This document shows, one piece after another, positions 17,015 to 29,000 of a stretch of DNA of 32,808 nt (the stretch's first letter is position 1; each line of letters starts with the position of its first letter). The notes beneath the pieces are model-generated. The model did no database searches, was not told the origin of the DNA, and was given only the letters and a program-made list of their open reading frames with translations. The stretch comes from an uncultured Clostridium sp. (GTDB lineage: Bacteria > Bacillota > Clostridia > TANB77 > CAG-508): positions 1 to 32,808 of the forward strand of contig CAMNND010000001.1 of assembly GCA_946545035.1 (NCBI GenBank), in the 5' to 3' direction. The translations under genes were made by a program, and so were the position numbers.

Positions 17015-18193
17015 ATGTCTCTAAAAACATTAAGTGCAAGATTACAATATAATGGCGGAGATAGGCTCGGCCGCATTAACCTACAAAAATTACGAAGTTT
17101 GCGAGCAGCATTAGGAGATGATTATCAATCTCGCTTAATTAAAACCCCTAAACGTGAAGCATGACCTTGTTTAATTAATGATGATGTTTCTGGTTTAAAA
17201 CCCGATTATGATAAAAAGATTATTTCTGTTGAATATGATGCGGGACTTGAGCCAGGGGATGTTTTTGAATGTCTTGATGATGGAACTCATTGGATGATAT
17301 ATCTTCCAAGATTAACAGAAACGGCTTATTTAAGAAGTTCTATTATTCGATGTCGTTACACAATGACAATAGACGACGAAGAATATTGAATTTATTTTCA
17401 AGGTCCTACAGAAACAGACCTCCGTTGATTTATTAAACGAGGAATTAATATTAATGAATTAAATCTTTCTGGTACCATATATATAAAATTAAATGCGCAA
17501 ACGAGAGCATTTTTTGAACGTTTTACACATATAAAAGTAGATAATCATATTTGGGAAGTTCAAGTTACAGACAGCATTTCTGTACCAGGTATTCTTGAAA
17601 TAGAAGTGCAAGAATATTATGACAATCCAATTGCGGAACTTCCTGAAATTAAACGTGCTATGAATACGGATGATAGTGTTATCATTGGAGAAACACTAGT
17701 CCCGCAAGATTCTACTATAGGATATTATATTCCAAAAGAATATCTAAATAGTGATTATTCTTGAGAAGTTCTTAATAATCCAAGAGTACAGATAGTTGAA
17801 GTTATGAATGATGGTAATATGTGTAAAGTACGTATACATGATGGCGCAGTTGGATCTTATATTATTAAGTATGGCGATTATACTTTAGAGTCAACAATTG
17901 ATTGAAAACGTGAATTTATAGAAGGTCCTACAAAAGTAGCACCATATGGTTTTTATACATATCGAGCAAAAAATGACAATGTTGTTTTTTCAATTGATAA
18001 TGTGGCAGTTGCTAAAATAATTAACCAAGACGGTAAATATTGTAAAATTGAAATTATTACTGGCCGCAAGAGTAAGTTTAATTTAACTTGTGCTTTTGAA
18101 GAAGATGGAGAACAACAACAAATAATCGTACCTATTACTATTGGATCATTTACAGGAGATAAAAATGAAAAAGACCTCGGCCTTGTTAGCTAA
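17015..18193 (+). CDS. Probable head-closure/neck protein with C-terminal beta-rich (Ig-like) repeats (392 aa, TGA=Trp)
   Basis: SD AAAGGAG and ATG 17015. Open through 5 TGA (plus 2 TGG) to TAA 18193. Fills a 1-kb gap in the ORF track. Repeated IIGETLV/IEGPTKV-type segments. Confidence 0.65.
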
Positions 18194-18788
18194 AAATTTT
18201 AAATCAACTTTTTTATCCTGTGAAACCGATCAAGAAACTATTTGGCGGCGACTCTTTGTCGAGAGTCGCCCTTATAGCGATAAATTGAAAAAACTTTTAG
18301 TAATTAATACTGCGGATTGTCTTGATGAAGAACAAATTCAATATCAAGAAATTATTGATAATATTAATCTTCAAGATTTAAAAGATAAACAATATTTAAA
18401 AAATGTTCCTAAATTAGAATTTGGTGAGCATGAAGAAGTAAAAGCGTATATTCTTTTAGAATTTGATGATTTTATTCCAACTACTAATCCACATTATAGA
18501 GATTGTACAATTACTTTTTCAATTATATGTCATCTTGACTATTGAGAATTAGATGATTACAAACTTCGCCCATATCAAATTGCTGGATATATAGATGGAA
18601 TGTTAAATGAAACAAAGTTATCTGGTATTGGTACTCTACGATTTTTGGGTGCAAATGAGATTGTAATGAACGAATATCTTGGAGGTATTGTCCTTCGTTA
18701 TATAGCTACTCATGGTAGTGGAGATGATAGTGAAACTCTTGATCCTACTTTACCAGCCCCGCAAGATTTAGGCGGAGGAGCCTGGTAG
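18165..18788 (+). CDS. Probable tail completion/terminator protein (207 aa, TGA=Trp)
   Basis: SD AGGAG and ATG 18165. TGA 18543 joins two fragments (HLDYWELDDYKLRPYQIAGYIDGMLN). Function inferred from position. Confidence 0.6.
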
Positions 18789-18798
18789 GTGATTAAAA

Positions 18799-19569
18799 AT
18801 GGGGATAAAAGGAAATAAAGAAAAATTAGGATTGATTTTATCAGGACAATCCTTATTGGTTGAGGATATGAATATATTTGTTACTCAGCCTAAAATAAAA
18901 GATATTGTTTTATTTGGAGAAGATGATTTTTTAACAAGTATTCAAATTTTAACCAATATAGAACAATTCAATCAAATGATAAAGCAGGGTAATTCTGAAT
19001 TAAACATGATTTCAGATTTCCAATTATTATTGATTTTGATGGAGGAAGATTTTACAATAAAGAAAATGCTTAAAGAATTATTTTCTTTAATTTTTCCAAA
19101 TTATATTGTAAAAATAACTGAAAATAGTATAGATTTTTTAATTGAAGACTCTTCTAAAATTGTAGGACGCATTACTCCTTTTAACTTTGAAAATTTACAA
19201 ATAGTATTAAATGATGCCTTTATTCCGCAAGGAGATAATGAAAGAGAACCTGATTATAATCCTGCAAATGAAGCTGCACAAAAGATTGCAGAGAAAATTA
19301 AAAAGGGACGTCAAAAGGTTCATCAACAAAAAGCGGCTTCAGAAGGTCCGCATTCTGTTTTTGCAGATTATTGTTCTGTCTTATCTATTGGAATGCATAT
19401 GGATATAAATATATTTTTTTCTTATACACCATTTCAATTATATGATGCTTATAAAAGATTTTTTAGCAAAGAACAATCTGATTTTTATATGAGAGTTTCT
19501 TCTATGCCTTTAATGGATACATCAAAAATGGAAACCCCTCCTGAATGAAATCGTAATTTATATCAGTAA
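18799..19569 (+). CDS. Hypothetical tail-module protein (256 aa, TGA=Trp)
   Basis: Extends through TGA 19546 (PPEWNRNLYQ) to TAA 19567-19569. Confidence 0.65.
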
Positions 19570-19696
19570 TTCGCTGATGCCTTGATCAGCTAATTATAAG
19601 AGATTTTTTAGAAAGCGCGAAATTCTAAAATATCACAAAAGAAAAGACTGTATACATTTTTTTCTATTCGTTTTTTGAGACAAAGGAGGTCCGCTT

Positions 19697-20821
19697 ATGC
19701 GAATGGGTGTACGCGAGATCTGTGATGTTGTCTTCCGTCCTTTAACTGCTGTTGATATTGGTAATCAGCATTTCGATGCTGGTCAGCCTGTTCTTTACCT
19801 TGATACAGCTAAAACCAGTTCTCTTGAGGGCGCTTCCACTACAGTTTATGCTCAGGGTGGAAAAGGTAATCCTCGTTTAATTGGTTGGGACGGCGAGAAG
19901 ACTTTAACATTCACTGTCGAAGATGCTCTAATTTCCCCTGTAAGTTTCTCTATGCTTTCTGGTGCGGGAATCGTTCAAGGTAGTTCTACTACTGGTCAGA
20001 CAATTTACACACATCAAGTTTATGACCTAGTTGTTGAGACTGTTGGTACTGGTGATACTGCTAAGTATTACGTTAAGCTTCCTGCAGATGTTCGTAATGG
20101 TGATAAGATTGTAGTTTCTAAAGAAGCTCCTATTTACGCTACCATTTTAGACAGTGCTGGTGGTCCTAAGACCTTCCTTTCTGCCGTTAAGAAAGCTGAG
20201 ATCTTCACTGATGCTGGTCTTACTACTGGTCTTACCGATGCTCAGTTTGTAGACAATCAAATTACAATTGGCGCTTCTGATGCTCTTTATTTCCAGCTTG
20301 CAGATGCCAATTATACTGACGTTGATGTAAAGGGTGGTAATACTGTCCGTATTGACTGCTATACTGCACATCAAGATGGCGCTCAGGAGATTCAGATTGA
20401 TGCGGAGAGTTTTGCTGGTTACTACTATATTGAAGCTGACACTCTCTTCCGTGATGAGGTAACTGGTCAGGACTTACCTGCTCAGTTTATTATTCCTCGT
20501 GGTAAGATTCAGTCTAACTTCACCTTTACAATGGCTAACTCTGGTGATCCTTCAACCTTCACCTTTACCATTGACGCCTTCCCTGCTTATACTAAGTTTA
20601 ATAAGACTAAGAAGGTAATGGCTGCTCTTCAGATTGTTGATCCTACCGATGCTGGTGGACATAACTATGCTGATACTACTATTATTGGTCATACTAACCG
20701 TACAACCGGTGCCGATATTTACGGCGAGGGTGTTGACACAGCTGATCAAGCTGCCAATATGCCTTATACCAATAGTATCTTTGATACAGCCACTAAAGCT
20801 AATGGTGACGAAGAGCCTTAA
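19697..20821 (+). CDS. Major tail (tube) protein (374 aa)
   Basis: SD AAAGGAGG, beta-rich Thr/Gly-rich sequence with the same high-expression codon bias as the MCP. Located upstream of the TMP and followed by a terminator. Confidence 0.75.
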   Translation: MRMGVREICDVVFRPLTAVDIGNQHFDAGQPVLYLDTAKTSSLEGASTTVYAQGGKGNPRLIGWDGEKTLTFTVEDALISPVSFSMLSGAGIVQGSSTTGQTIYTHQVYDLVVETVGTGDTAKYYVKLPADVRNGDKIVVSKEAPIYATILDSAGGPKTFLSAVKKAEIFTDAGLTTGLTDAQFVDNQITIGASDALYFQLADANYTDVDVKGGNTVRIDCYTAHQDGAQEIQIDAESFAGYYYIEADTLFRDEVTGQDLPAQFIIPRGKIQSNFTFTMANSGDPSTFTFTIDAFPAYTKFNKTKKVMAALQIVDPTDAGGHNYADTTIIGHTNRTTGADIYGEGVDTADQAANMPYTNSIFDTATKANGDEEP

Positions 20822-20858
20822 TTTAATTAATGTGGGAGACCCTTATAGTCTCCAATTT

Positions 20859-20890
20859 AGGGGTACCCTTGCGGGTACCCCTCTTTTTTA
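20859..20890 (+). terminator. Rho-independent terminator
   Basis: AGGGGTACCC-TTGC-GGGTACCCCT plus CTTTTTT. Confidence 0.85.
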
Positions 20891-20917
20891 TTAGAGATTT
20901 TAGGGGGTGAAATATAT

Positions 20918-22342
20918 TTGGCTATAAAAAATTATCTTTACCTTTTTTATGGAAATTATTTGGAAAAAGAAGATGTAGACCCATATGCTATTATTAATAC
21001 GGCAAAACAAGAAATTAAAAGTGCTGGAATGAGGAAAATAAAAGATCTTAGAGGGAGTTTAAATACTCAACGATCTGATTTTGAATCAGAATTACAAAAA
21101 CTTTATGGATTAACTCCACAAGATTTTCAAACAAAATTAGAAAATAATTTTGCAATGAAGCTATTAACAAATTTTGAAGCAGCTCAACAACAATTAGAAG
21201 AAGGATTAAGCAAAGCTGAAACAGACATTGATTTAGGAGAAGAAATAGCTAAAGCTATTACCGCATTAGATCAAATTTTGAAATTAGGAGCTAATTTAGG
21301 AGGACTAACTATAGGTTCTATAGAAAAAGCTAAGTCTTATAATGATAAAATCTTAGAATTAGAAGCAGCGATTAATAGTGGAACAGCAGGAATAAAAGGT
21401 GAAAAAGGAAGTGTTGCAACAGCTGGTATAAATGCTCTTAATAGTGTATCTGGTTCCTTATTAGAAATTGCAGTCGCTATAGCATGAATGGCTGTTATGA
21501 TGGAACTAGGAAAAGCTAATAGTTCTTTAATGGGGGCCATAGGTCAAAATAAAGGACAAAATTTAACTATAACAACTAGACCAAGTGAAGCATTAGAAAT
21601 GTTGTATAGACAAATAGAACAAACTTTAGCAAATGCATCAACAGAAGGCAAAGCTGATAACTTTGTTGTAACACAGAATGTTGTTTCTGGAACAATGTCC
21701 TGAGCAACTTTCCAGACTAAAAATTATAGAAATATTAGAGATATTACAATAGAATCTGTTAAAACCTATGCGGAATTACAAATGGGCCGTTATTTTGGAT
21801 GACATTTTTTAATCAATACTGCAGGTGGTTTAGGAGATAACCATTTACAAGACAATGTAAGTTTTACTCGTTTTAGAGATACAGATTCACAGATAACAGC
21901 TGCAGATATTGATACTCATTGAATGAATATTCAACAGCAAGCTAAAGTATTAGCTGCTGCGGACATTATTGCTGCACAAGGAGTTAAAGAATTAGGAGCT
22001 GGATTAGATTATTACATAGTCAGAGAAAGATTTAGTAATAACATAAGAATTATTCCTGTAGCGGATCTTCTTGACAATCTATATCACGCCTATCAAAATA
22101 GTAGCGATGGTAATTTAAATTCTTTTGGAGTAAGAGATACTTCATGAACAAGTGGAAGATCTCTACAGGGTTCACGAATGAAAAATTATGGAATAATTAA
22201 TGCTTCTGCTTTTAAAGCCCCACCTTGAAGACCCTCTATTCCAAGTGGATGAATACGTTCTAAAAAAGCTTATAATCCTATATATGAAAAATTAAAAGAA
22301 ACAAAAGTTTCTATATCTCTAAATTTAGGATATTATTTTTAA
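20918..22342 (+). CDS. Hypothetical protein (474 aa, TGA=Trp)
   Basis: SD GGGGGTG and TTG start. Seven in-frame TGA and no TGG. TAA at 22340-22342. Confidence 0.75.
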
Positions 22343-22351
22343 ACAAAAATC

Positions 22352-22380
22352 TTGACAAAATAGAAAAAATTTAGTATACT
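22352..22380 (+). promoter_or_regulatory. Sigma-70-type promoter
   Basis: TTGACA-17 bp-TATACT. Confidence 0.8.
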
Positions 22381-22414
22381 ATAAATATAGTTATAGAGAT
22401 AAAAGGAGTTGAAT

Positions 22415-22951
22415 ATGATTAATATTGAAGAAGTATTAAATTGTCCTCTTACTTCCCAAGAAATCTACGATATGATTAATTCTTGTCTTGAAGAAGCAGA
22501 AGATAATGGATTTTTAAATCAATTCGTATTTGAACGCGCATTAGTTTGTCACGAAGTTCTTTTACTAATTGAAGATTTAGATGATATTGATGGTCCTATG
22601 GTTGCGGAAAATCCTCTTACTGCATTTGATCATTTCTTAGAAATGGGATATATTCAGAATCTAATTAAAAATCATGCAGACACTGTCGATTACATTGGCA
22701 AGATTGCCGCACAATATTTTGAAGACTATGAAAAATATCTTCTCTCTGTTGGAGGAGTGTTAAATAAAGCTGAGATTTTTAGTTCTGAAGTTCTTCAGAA
22801 TATGGCAGGACAATTTAATGATTTAACTAAGAATGGTGATATTCAAGAGACACTTAAAATTGCAAATGAATGGGGTATGAATCGGCAACCTCCAAAAGTA
22901 GAGAATCCAGTTAATTCTGAACAAGTATTAGATAGTTTATTTAATGTTTAA
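22415..22951 (+). CDS. Acidic hypothetical protein before the TMP (178 aa), possibly a tail assembly chaperone
   Basis: SD AAGGAG, ATG 22415, own promoter and terminator, no TGA. Confidence 0.7.
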   Translation: MINIEEVLNCPLTSQEIYDMINSCLEEAEDNGFLNQFVFERALVCHEVLLLIEDLDDIDGPMVAENPLTAFDHFLEMGYIQNLIKNHADTVDYIGKIAAQYFEDYEKYLLSVGGVLNKAEIFSSEVLQNMAGQFNDLTKNGDIQETLKIANEWGMNRQPPKVENPVNSEQVLDSLFNV

Positions 22952-22956
22952 TATAG

Positions 22957-22993
22957 AGAGCCTTACGAGTGAAAATCGTAAGGCTCTTTTTTT
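22957..22993 (+). terminator. Rho-independent terminator
   Basis: AGAGCCTTACGA-loop-TCGTAAGGCTCT plus T run. Confidence 0.85.
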
Positions 22994-23095
22994 ATTAGAT
23001 AAATAAGGAATTTTCCATTTAATAGTAGATATTGTTATAGACCAAAGGTCTATTATAGAGACATAAGGACATTCCGAGAGGAAGGTGAAAATACT

Positions 23096-26000
23096 TTGAA
23101 ATATTCCAATACTGTTGAATATAATATTTCAACTAAATTAGATTCAAGTGGTTTAACTAAATTACAAAGTCAAATTAAACAACTTGAAAATTCAATGCAA
23201 CAAATGGCTAATCGTGAATTGTTAAATTCAGATAAAGTTCAAGCTGCAAAAACTCAATTAGAGGGATTAAATACCGCTCTTACAAATTCTTTCAATTCCT
23301 CTCTTGGAATTTTAGATCTATCAAAGTTTAGAGCTGAATTAGATGCTAGCGGAGTTAGTGCTAAAGGATTACAATCAGCTTTTAATATGATGGGTGCTGA
23401 AGGACAAGCTGCATTAAATGGTTTAACAACTCAGATTGCTAACTTTAATGGTGGTATGGAACGTACTTCATCTGCGGTGGACAAAGTATTTACTACTTTT
23501 AGTAATACTTTTAGATGAGGTATGGTTTCAAGTTTCTTTAGTCAATTTATGAATGCAATTCATAGTTCAATAGATTACGTTAAAGAACTTGATGACTCAT
23601 TAACTCAAATTATGCTTGTTACAGATTATAATCGCGATTCAATGAATGAATTTGCACGATCTGCTAATGAAGCCGCTAAAGCTGTTAGTATGACAACAAC
23701 AGGTATGACTAATGCTTCATTAATTTTTGCTCAGCAAGGGTATGATCTTGGACAATCTCAAGAATTAGCTACATTATCTGCTAAAGTTGCAAATGCTTCT
23801 CAACAAGATACTGCTACTACTTCAGATCAAATTACAGCATATATGAATGCCTATGGTCTTGAAAATAGTATTAGTGAACTTACACAAGCAATGGATAATT
23901 GAGCTTTAATTGCAAATATTTCTGCGGCCGATGTAGGTGAACTTGCACAGGCATCACAGCGTGCAGCTTCAATGGCTAACACTGTGGGTGTTAGTGGAGA
24001 ACAGCTTGCCGCACAAATTGCTACAATTGAGTCTGTAACACGAGAAGCTCCAGAACAAATTGGTAATGGTCTTAAGACTCTTTATGCTCGTTTTTCTGAT
24101 ATTTCTCAGGGCGGAGAAGATGAAAATGGAGTTAGTCTTGGAGATGTTACTAAACAGTTAAATGATATTGGCGTTCAAGTATTAGATCAATTTGGGAATA
24201 TTCGTGATGTTGGCGATATCATGGAAGATCTTATGGTTGTATGAGACGATCTTGATCAAACTAGTAAAATTGCAGCAGCTCAGTCTTTAGCGGGTAAATA
24301 TCAAGTTAACCGTTTTGTTTCATTAATGGATAATTCTGATATGTATAAAGAGTATTTAGGAGCTACAGGATCTTCCGCAACCGGCACTCTTGATCAAATG
24401 AACGAAGAATATGCTCAGTCTATTGAAGGTCGTAGCGCTAAGTTACAAGCGTCATTAGAAGGATTGTTTAGTACGATATTTAATACCGATGATATTTACC
24501 CTTGAATGGATGCTGCGCAAAGTGCAGTAGACTTATTACAACAATTCTTTGATGTTCTTGGAGGAGGAAAAACTGTTCTTCTGGGTATCGGTAGTTTATT
24601 AGGACAAGTATTTAATCAAAATATAGCTAGAAGTATTAATGATGCAATTGCTAATCATAATTTAGGAAAAATACGTGAGCAGAATATAAATAGTGTAAAT
24701 GATACTCTAGATAGAGTTGGAATTGATAGAACTCAAGGCGTTGGTGCTTATATTAGCAAAACTGCTGATCAAGCAAAATTAGGAGCTTTAAATGAAGCTC
24801 AATACAATGCTTATATGGATGATGTACAACAATGAGTAAATGCCACAACAGCACTAACTGAGTCTGAAAAAGAGCTTCAAACTAATGTAGATTTAATAAA
24901 TGCTATTTATGCAAAAGCAGGTGCAGATGGTGTTTTTAAAGAAGGTGAAGATAGTCCTTATAATACTGTTAATTTACAAGAAAATCGTAAGGAAGTTTTA
25001 GATAAGTTAGATAATTTAGATTTTGCACAACAAGAACAAGCAGCTGCACAATATGCAAATAGTCTACATCGATTATCAACTGTTTTTAAAGAGGTAGAAC
25101 AAGATACTTCTGATGAACAAAATAAACAAGAAGAATTGGCTAATTCTATTCAATTTGCTAGAGAAACTTTAGCTGATTTTACAAGAATTTTAGGGATGTC
25201 AAAAGAAGAAGCTGATCAATGAGATCAAGTTTTTGAAAATATAGCGGCAGATTTAGCCGCTCTTCCTGAAGATTCAATTGAAGCAGAAAAAGCTTTAGAA
25301 AAATTATATGATAGAGTTGTAACTTTACAAAAAGGACTTTTTGAAGTAAATAACAATAAAGAAGGTGCAAAAAAATTTGTTGTTGATGCATCTGACACAA
25401 TTCAAAAAAACGAAACTCAAATTTCTTTTAATGAAGCTCAAGAAAAAAGAGCTGGAGAGAATGCAGGGGCTAGAGGTCAAGGAATTGATCAACAACAAAA
25501 TATAAAAGCAATTCTTGATACTATGAATGCAGTTCAACAATTAACTTTTGCCTGACAAGCTTTTCAAGGTCTTGGTAGTTTATGAGCTAATGAAGATTTA
25601 TCTACTGGAGAAAAAGTTATTCAAACAGTAATGAATCTTACTATGGCTATGTCTCAATTAATTCCTGCCATTGATACTTTAAAAAATGGAGGTTTAGGAC
25701 AATCATTCCAGCAAATGAATGATGCTTTATCTAAAATTCAAATGGGAGAAATAGATTTTTCTTCTGATGAAAGAATGGTAGAAGTTAATGAGAAATTAAA
25801 TTCTTTATTAGATAAAAGAACTATAATTCATAAAAAAATTAGTGAAGCAAAAAAAGAAATTTATAATGCTACAAAACAAGCAGCTGAAGCCGAAAATACA
25901 AGTGCAAAAAATGCTATGACAGGAGCTCAATTAGCATTTAAGAAAACTTTAGCTAAAAAAACAGAAAAAGAACAAAATGAGCTTATTTCTATATTGGAAA

Positions 26001-29000
26001 AAGAACAAATAGCTAATGAAGCAGCTATTACAACAGCAGAAACTACAAGAAGTACTATTGGAAAAATAATAACTGCTGAGTTAGTTAAGCAAGTTGCTTT
26101 ACAAGCTGCTTTAACTTTTGGCATTCCTTTATTATTAGCTGGTTTAGGTGCTGCAGTTGGATATTATCAGCAACAACGAGAAGAAGCTGAAAAATTAAAG
26201 CAAGAACGTTTAGAAGCTTCAAATCAACAAACTGATGAATTAAAGAAAAATGCAGCAAATATACAGGAACTTTATAATAATTATAAAGAAACTGGAGAAG
26301 CAGCTGATGGTTTAAGAGAAGCTCTTGAACAACAAGCTGAAGCTTTGGGTATAGTAGTAACAGCTGCAGATGACTATGATAGTTTAAAACAAAAAATAGA
26401 TGAAGCAACGGCTTCTCAGTTAGCATATAATGCAGCTTTAAGAGGCGAAGATTCTTCTATTTCAAAAACAACCGCTACTGATGCTGGATTAACTTTTGAA
26501 GATAAAGAAGCATTAGGAATTGATACAACTCCAGCTTCTTATGTTAATACAGCTAATGGTCAAATGCAATATCAAGCAGACGGAAGTGTTTCCGCAGATA
26601 TAGCAAAAACAGTTGAAAAATCAAAAGAACTAATAGATCTTGAACAACAAAGTATTGCAAATCGCAATACAGAATTAGCTATTTTAGATCGAGGCAATCC
26701 AAAAGAAGAAGAAAAATATCAATTATTAAAGCAACAAAATATAGAAAGCCAAAATCGGATAGATCGTCTTACCAATTATGTTGAGGGAAATAAAGATTAT
26801 TTAGATAATCAATATGCTCAAGCTGAAAATTCTGTTTTATCTATGGCTTTAAATTCAGATATTTTTAAAGGACAAGAAAATGCCGCGGGTGATTTTGAAG
26901 CTACTTCTTATCAACAAGCTCTTCAATATGTAAAAAATATTACAGATGGATTAGAAATCACAGAACAGCAACAACAAGAATTAGCTGCAACTGCTTTAGA
27001 GTATGCTGATAATCTTGAAGGTGCTGCGCAAGCTCAATTAGAGATAGCTCAAAATCAAATTGAACAAAATCCTTATGTTTATTCTGGAATTCGTGCAGGC
27101 GAATCTGGAATGAATAAAATTAATGAATTAGGTGAAAAATTTGATTTATCAGATCAAGAAAAAGCAAAAATCTCAGATTTAATAGATTGATCTGATACGG
27201 ATGAATTAGATGCAAGAGTTGCAGATTTAGCTGAAGAAATTGAAGAAGGCTTAAGTCAGGGGATGTCTCTTGATGATATTTTTTCTAAGATGAAAGAAAA
27301 TCAAGAAATTGAATTAACAGATGATGAAATTTTAAAACAAGAACGTGATGATAAAGGATATGTCGGAGAAGACTGAGAAAGAGATGCCGAAGATGTAAAA
27401 GAATATGCAGATTCTTTACAAGATTTGGCTGAAATTTCTGATGACATTGCGGATTCTTTAAAAGATAATCGAAAAGAAGCCTTAAAAATTGCTGATGCGA
27501 ATGCCCGATTAAATAAAGGTGTAAAATCTTTAGCTGATAGTTGAGATGATTGAAATAAAATTATTTCTGATACTTCTAAGGGAATTGAAGCTACAGAAGA
27601 TTATTCTGATGCAATCCATGGAGTAGAAGATGCTTTAACAAATATTCTTGATTTTGATGTAAGTACTGGATTAGCCGATAGTACTCAGTTTATTAAAGAA
27701 CATATGGATGACATAGCCGCTGCTGCAGAAGGCGATATGGATGCAATTGAAAGATTGCGAGTAGCAGCAGCTCAACAAATTTTAATTGATGCTGATTTTG
27801 ATTGAAATAAAATAAATGTTAGTCAAGAAGAACTTTTTGGATTAATTTCTGAATTAGATAATGAAGAAATTGAAGTCGGAGCAACTTTAGATACAACGAC
27901 TTTTGGAGAAGCTTTAGCTATAGCATTACAAGCTGTAGGTGCAACGACAGAAGAAATGCAAAAAGTTTTTGATTCTCTTGGTTGAGAACCTAATATTACA
28001 TATGAAACTTACAAAGTTGCAGATAACAGTAAGCAAACAACAGATGGTACAATTGAGATTGTAGATCCTAAAGCAGAGGGAGGAACAAGAACTGTTAAGG
28101 TCTCTGATGAAGTTGTATTTAATGGAGATAATACGGTTACTATTCCTAAAATAAATGCAAAAGGAACAACTTATCAAGGGTCTGCTCCTAAAATAGCTTC
28201 ACCTTCAAGTCGAGGCGGTGGAAGCGGAGGCGGTGGAGGAAAAGGTAAGTCTTGCTTCGTAGCTGGTACTTTAGTTTCTACTTCTCTTGGATTTAAACCA
28301 ATTGAACAAATCCAAAAGGGAGATATGGTTCTTTCTTATAATACATTACTTAAAAGAAATGAGTATAGTGAAGTTCTTCAAACTATGATTCACGATACCA
28401 TTGAGCCTATTTATACTTTATATATTAAAGATGAACAATTAAGAGTTACTGGCATTCACAGATTTTTAGTTACAGATAAAATTACTTGCGGAGTTCCTCA
28501 ATGAGTATATGCAGCAGATCTTAAAGTAGGACAATGAGTCTTCTTTGCAGATGGTACTTGACATGTAATTCATAAGATTGAAACTAATATTGAGCATCAA
28601 ATTGTATATAATTTTGAAGTTTTTGCAAATCATAATTATTATGTTGGCCGCAATCAAATTCTTGCACACAACAAAGGTGGCAGTAAAAAAGGTAGCGGCG
28701 GTGGAAAAGCTAAAACTATTGAGCAAAAAGATAAAAAAGATCACGAGAAAGATTATTATGAAGAAGTTAATACTCAATTAGACAAAGTTGAGAAAGAACT
28801 TTCTCGTGTAGAAAAACAACAAGATAAACTTGTTGGTGACAAAGCTCGAGCAAATCAAAATAAACAACTTGGACTACTTCAAAAACAAATTGAGCTTCAA
28901 AAAGAACATTTACGAATTCTTACAGAAGAAGAAAAAGTAGATGTTACAAAGCATCTAAAAGAGCAAGATAAACAAGCTGAAAAATTAGTTCAAAAATATA

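Noticed and set aside
20813-20832. Programmed +1/-1 frameshift at the Pro-stop end of the tail tube gene (CCT TAA)
   Set aside because: The +1 frame stops within a few codons, there is no slippery heptamer, and a terminator follows closely, so no extra domain can be appended.
28253-28672. Canonical mobile intein
   Set aside because: There is no +1 Cys/Ser/Thr and no homing endonuclease, and it sits in a low-complexity linker. It is reported instead as a BIL-type HINT domain.
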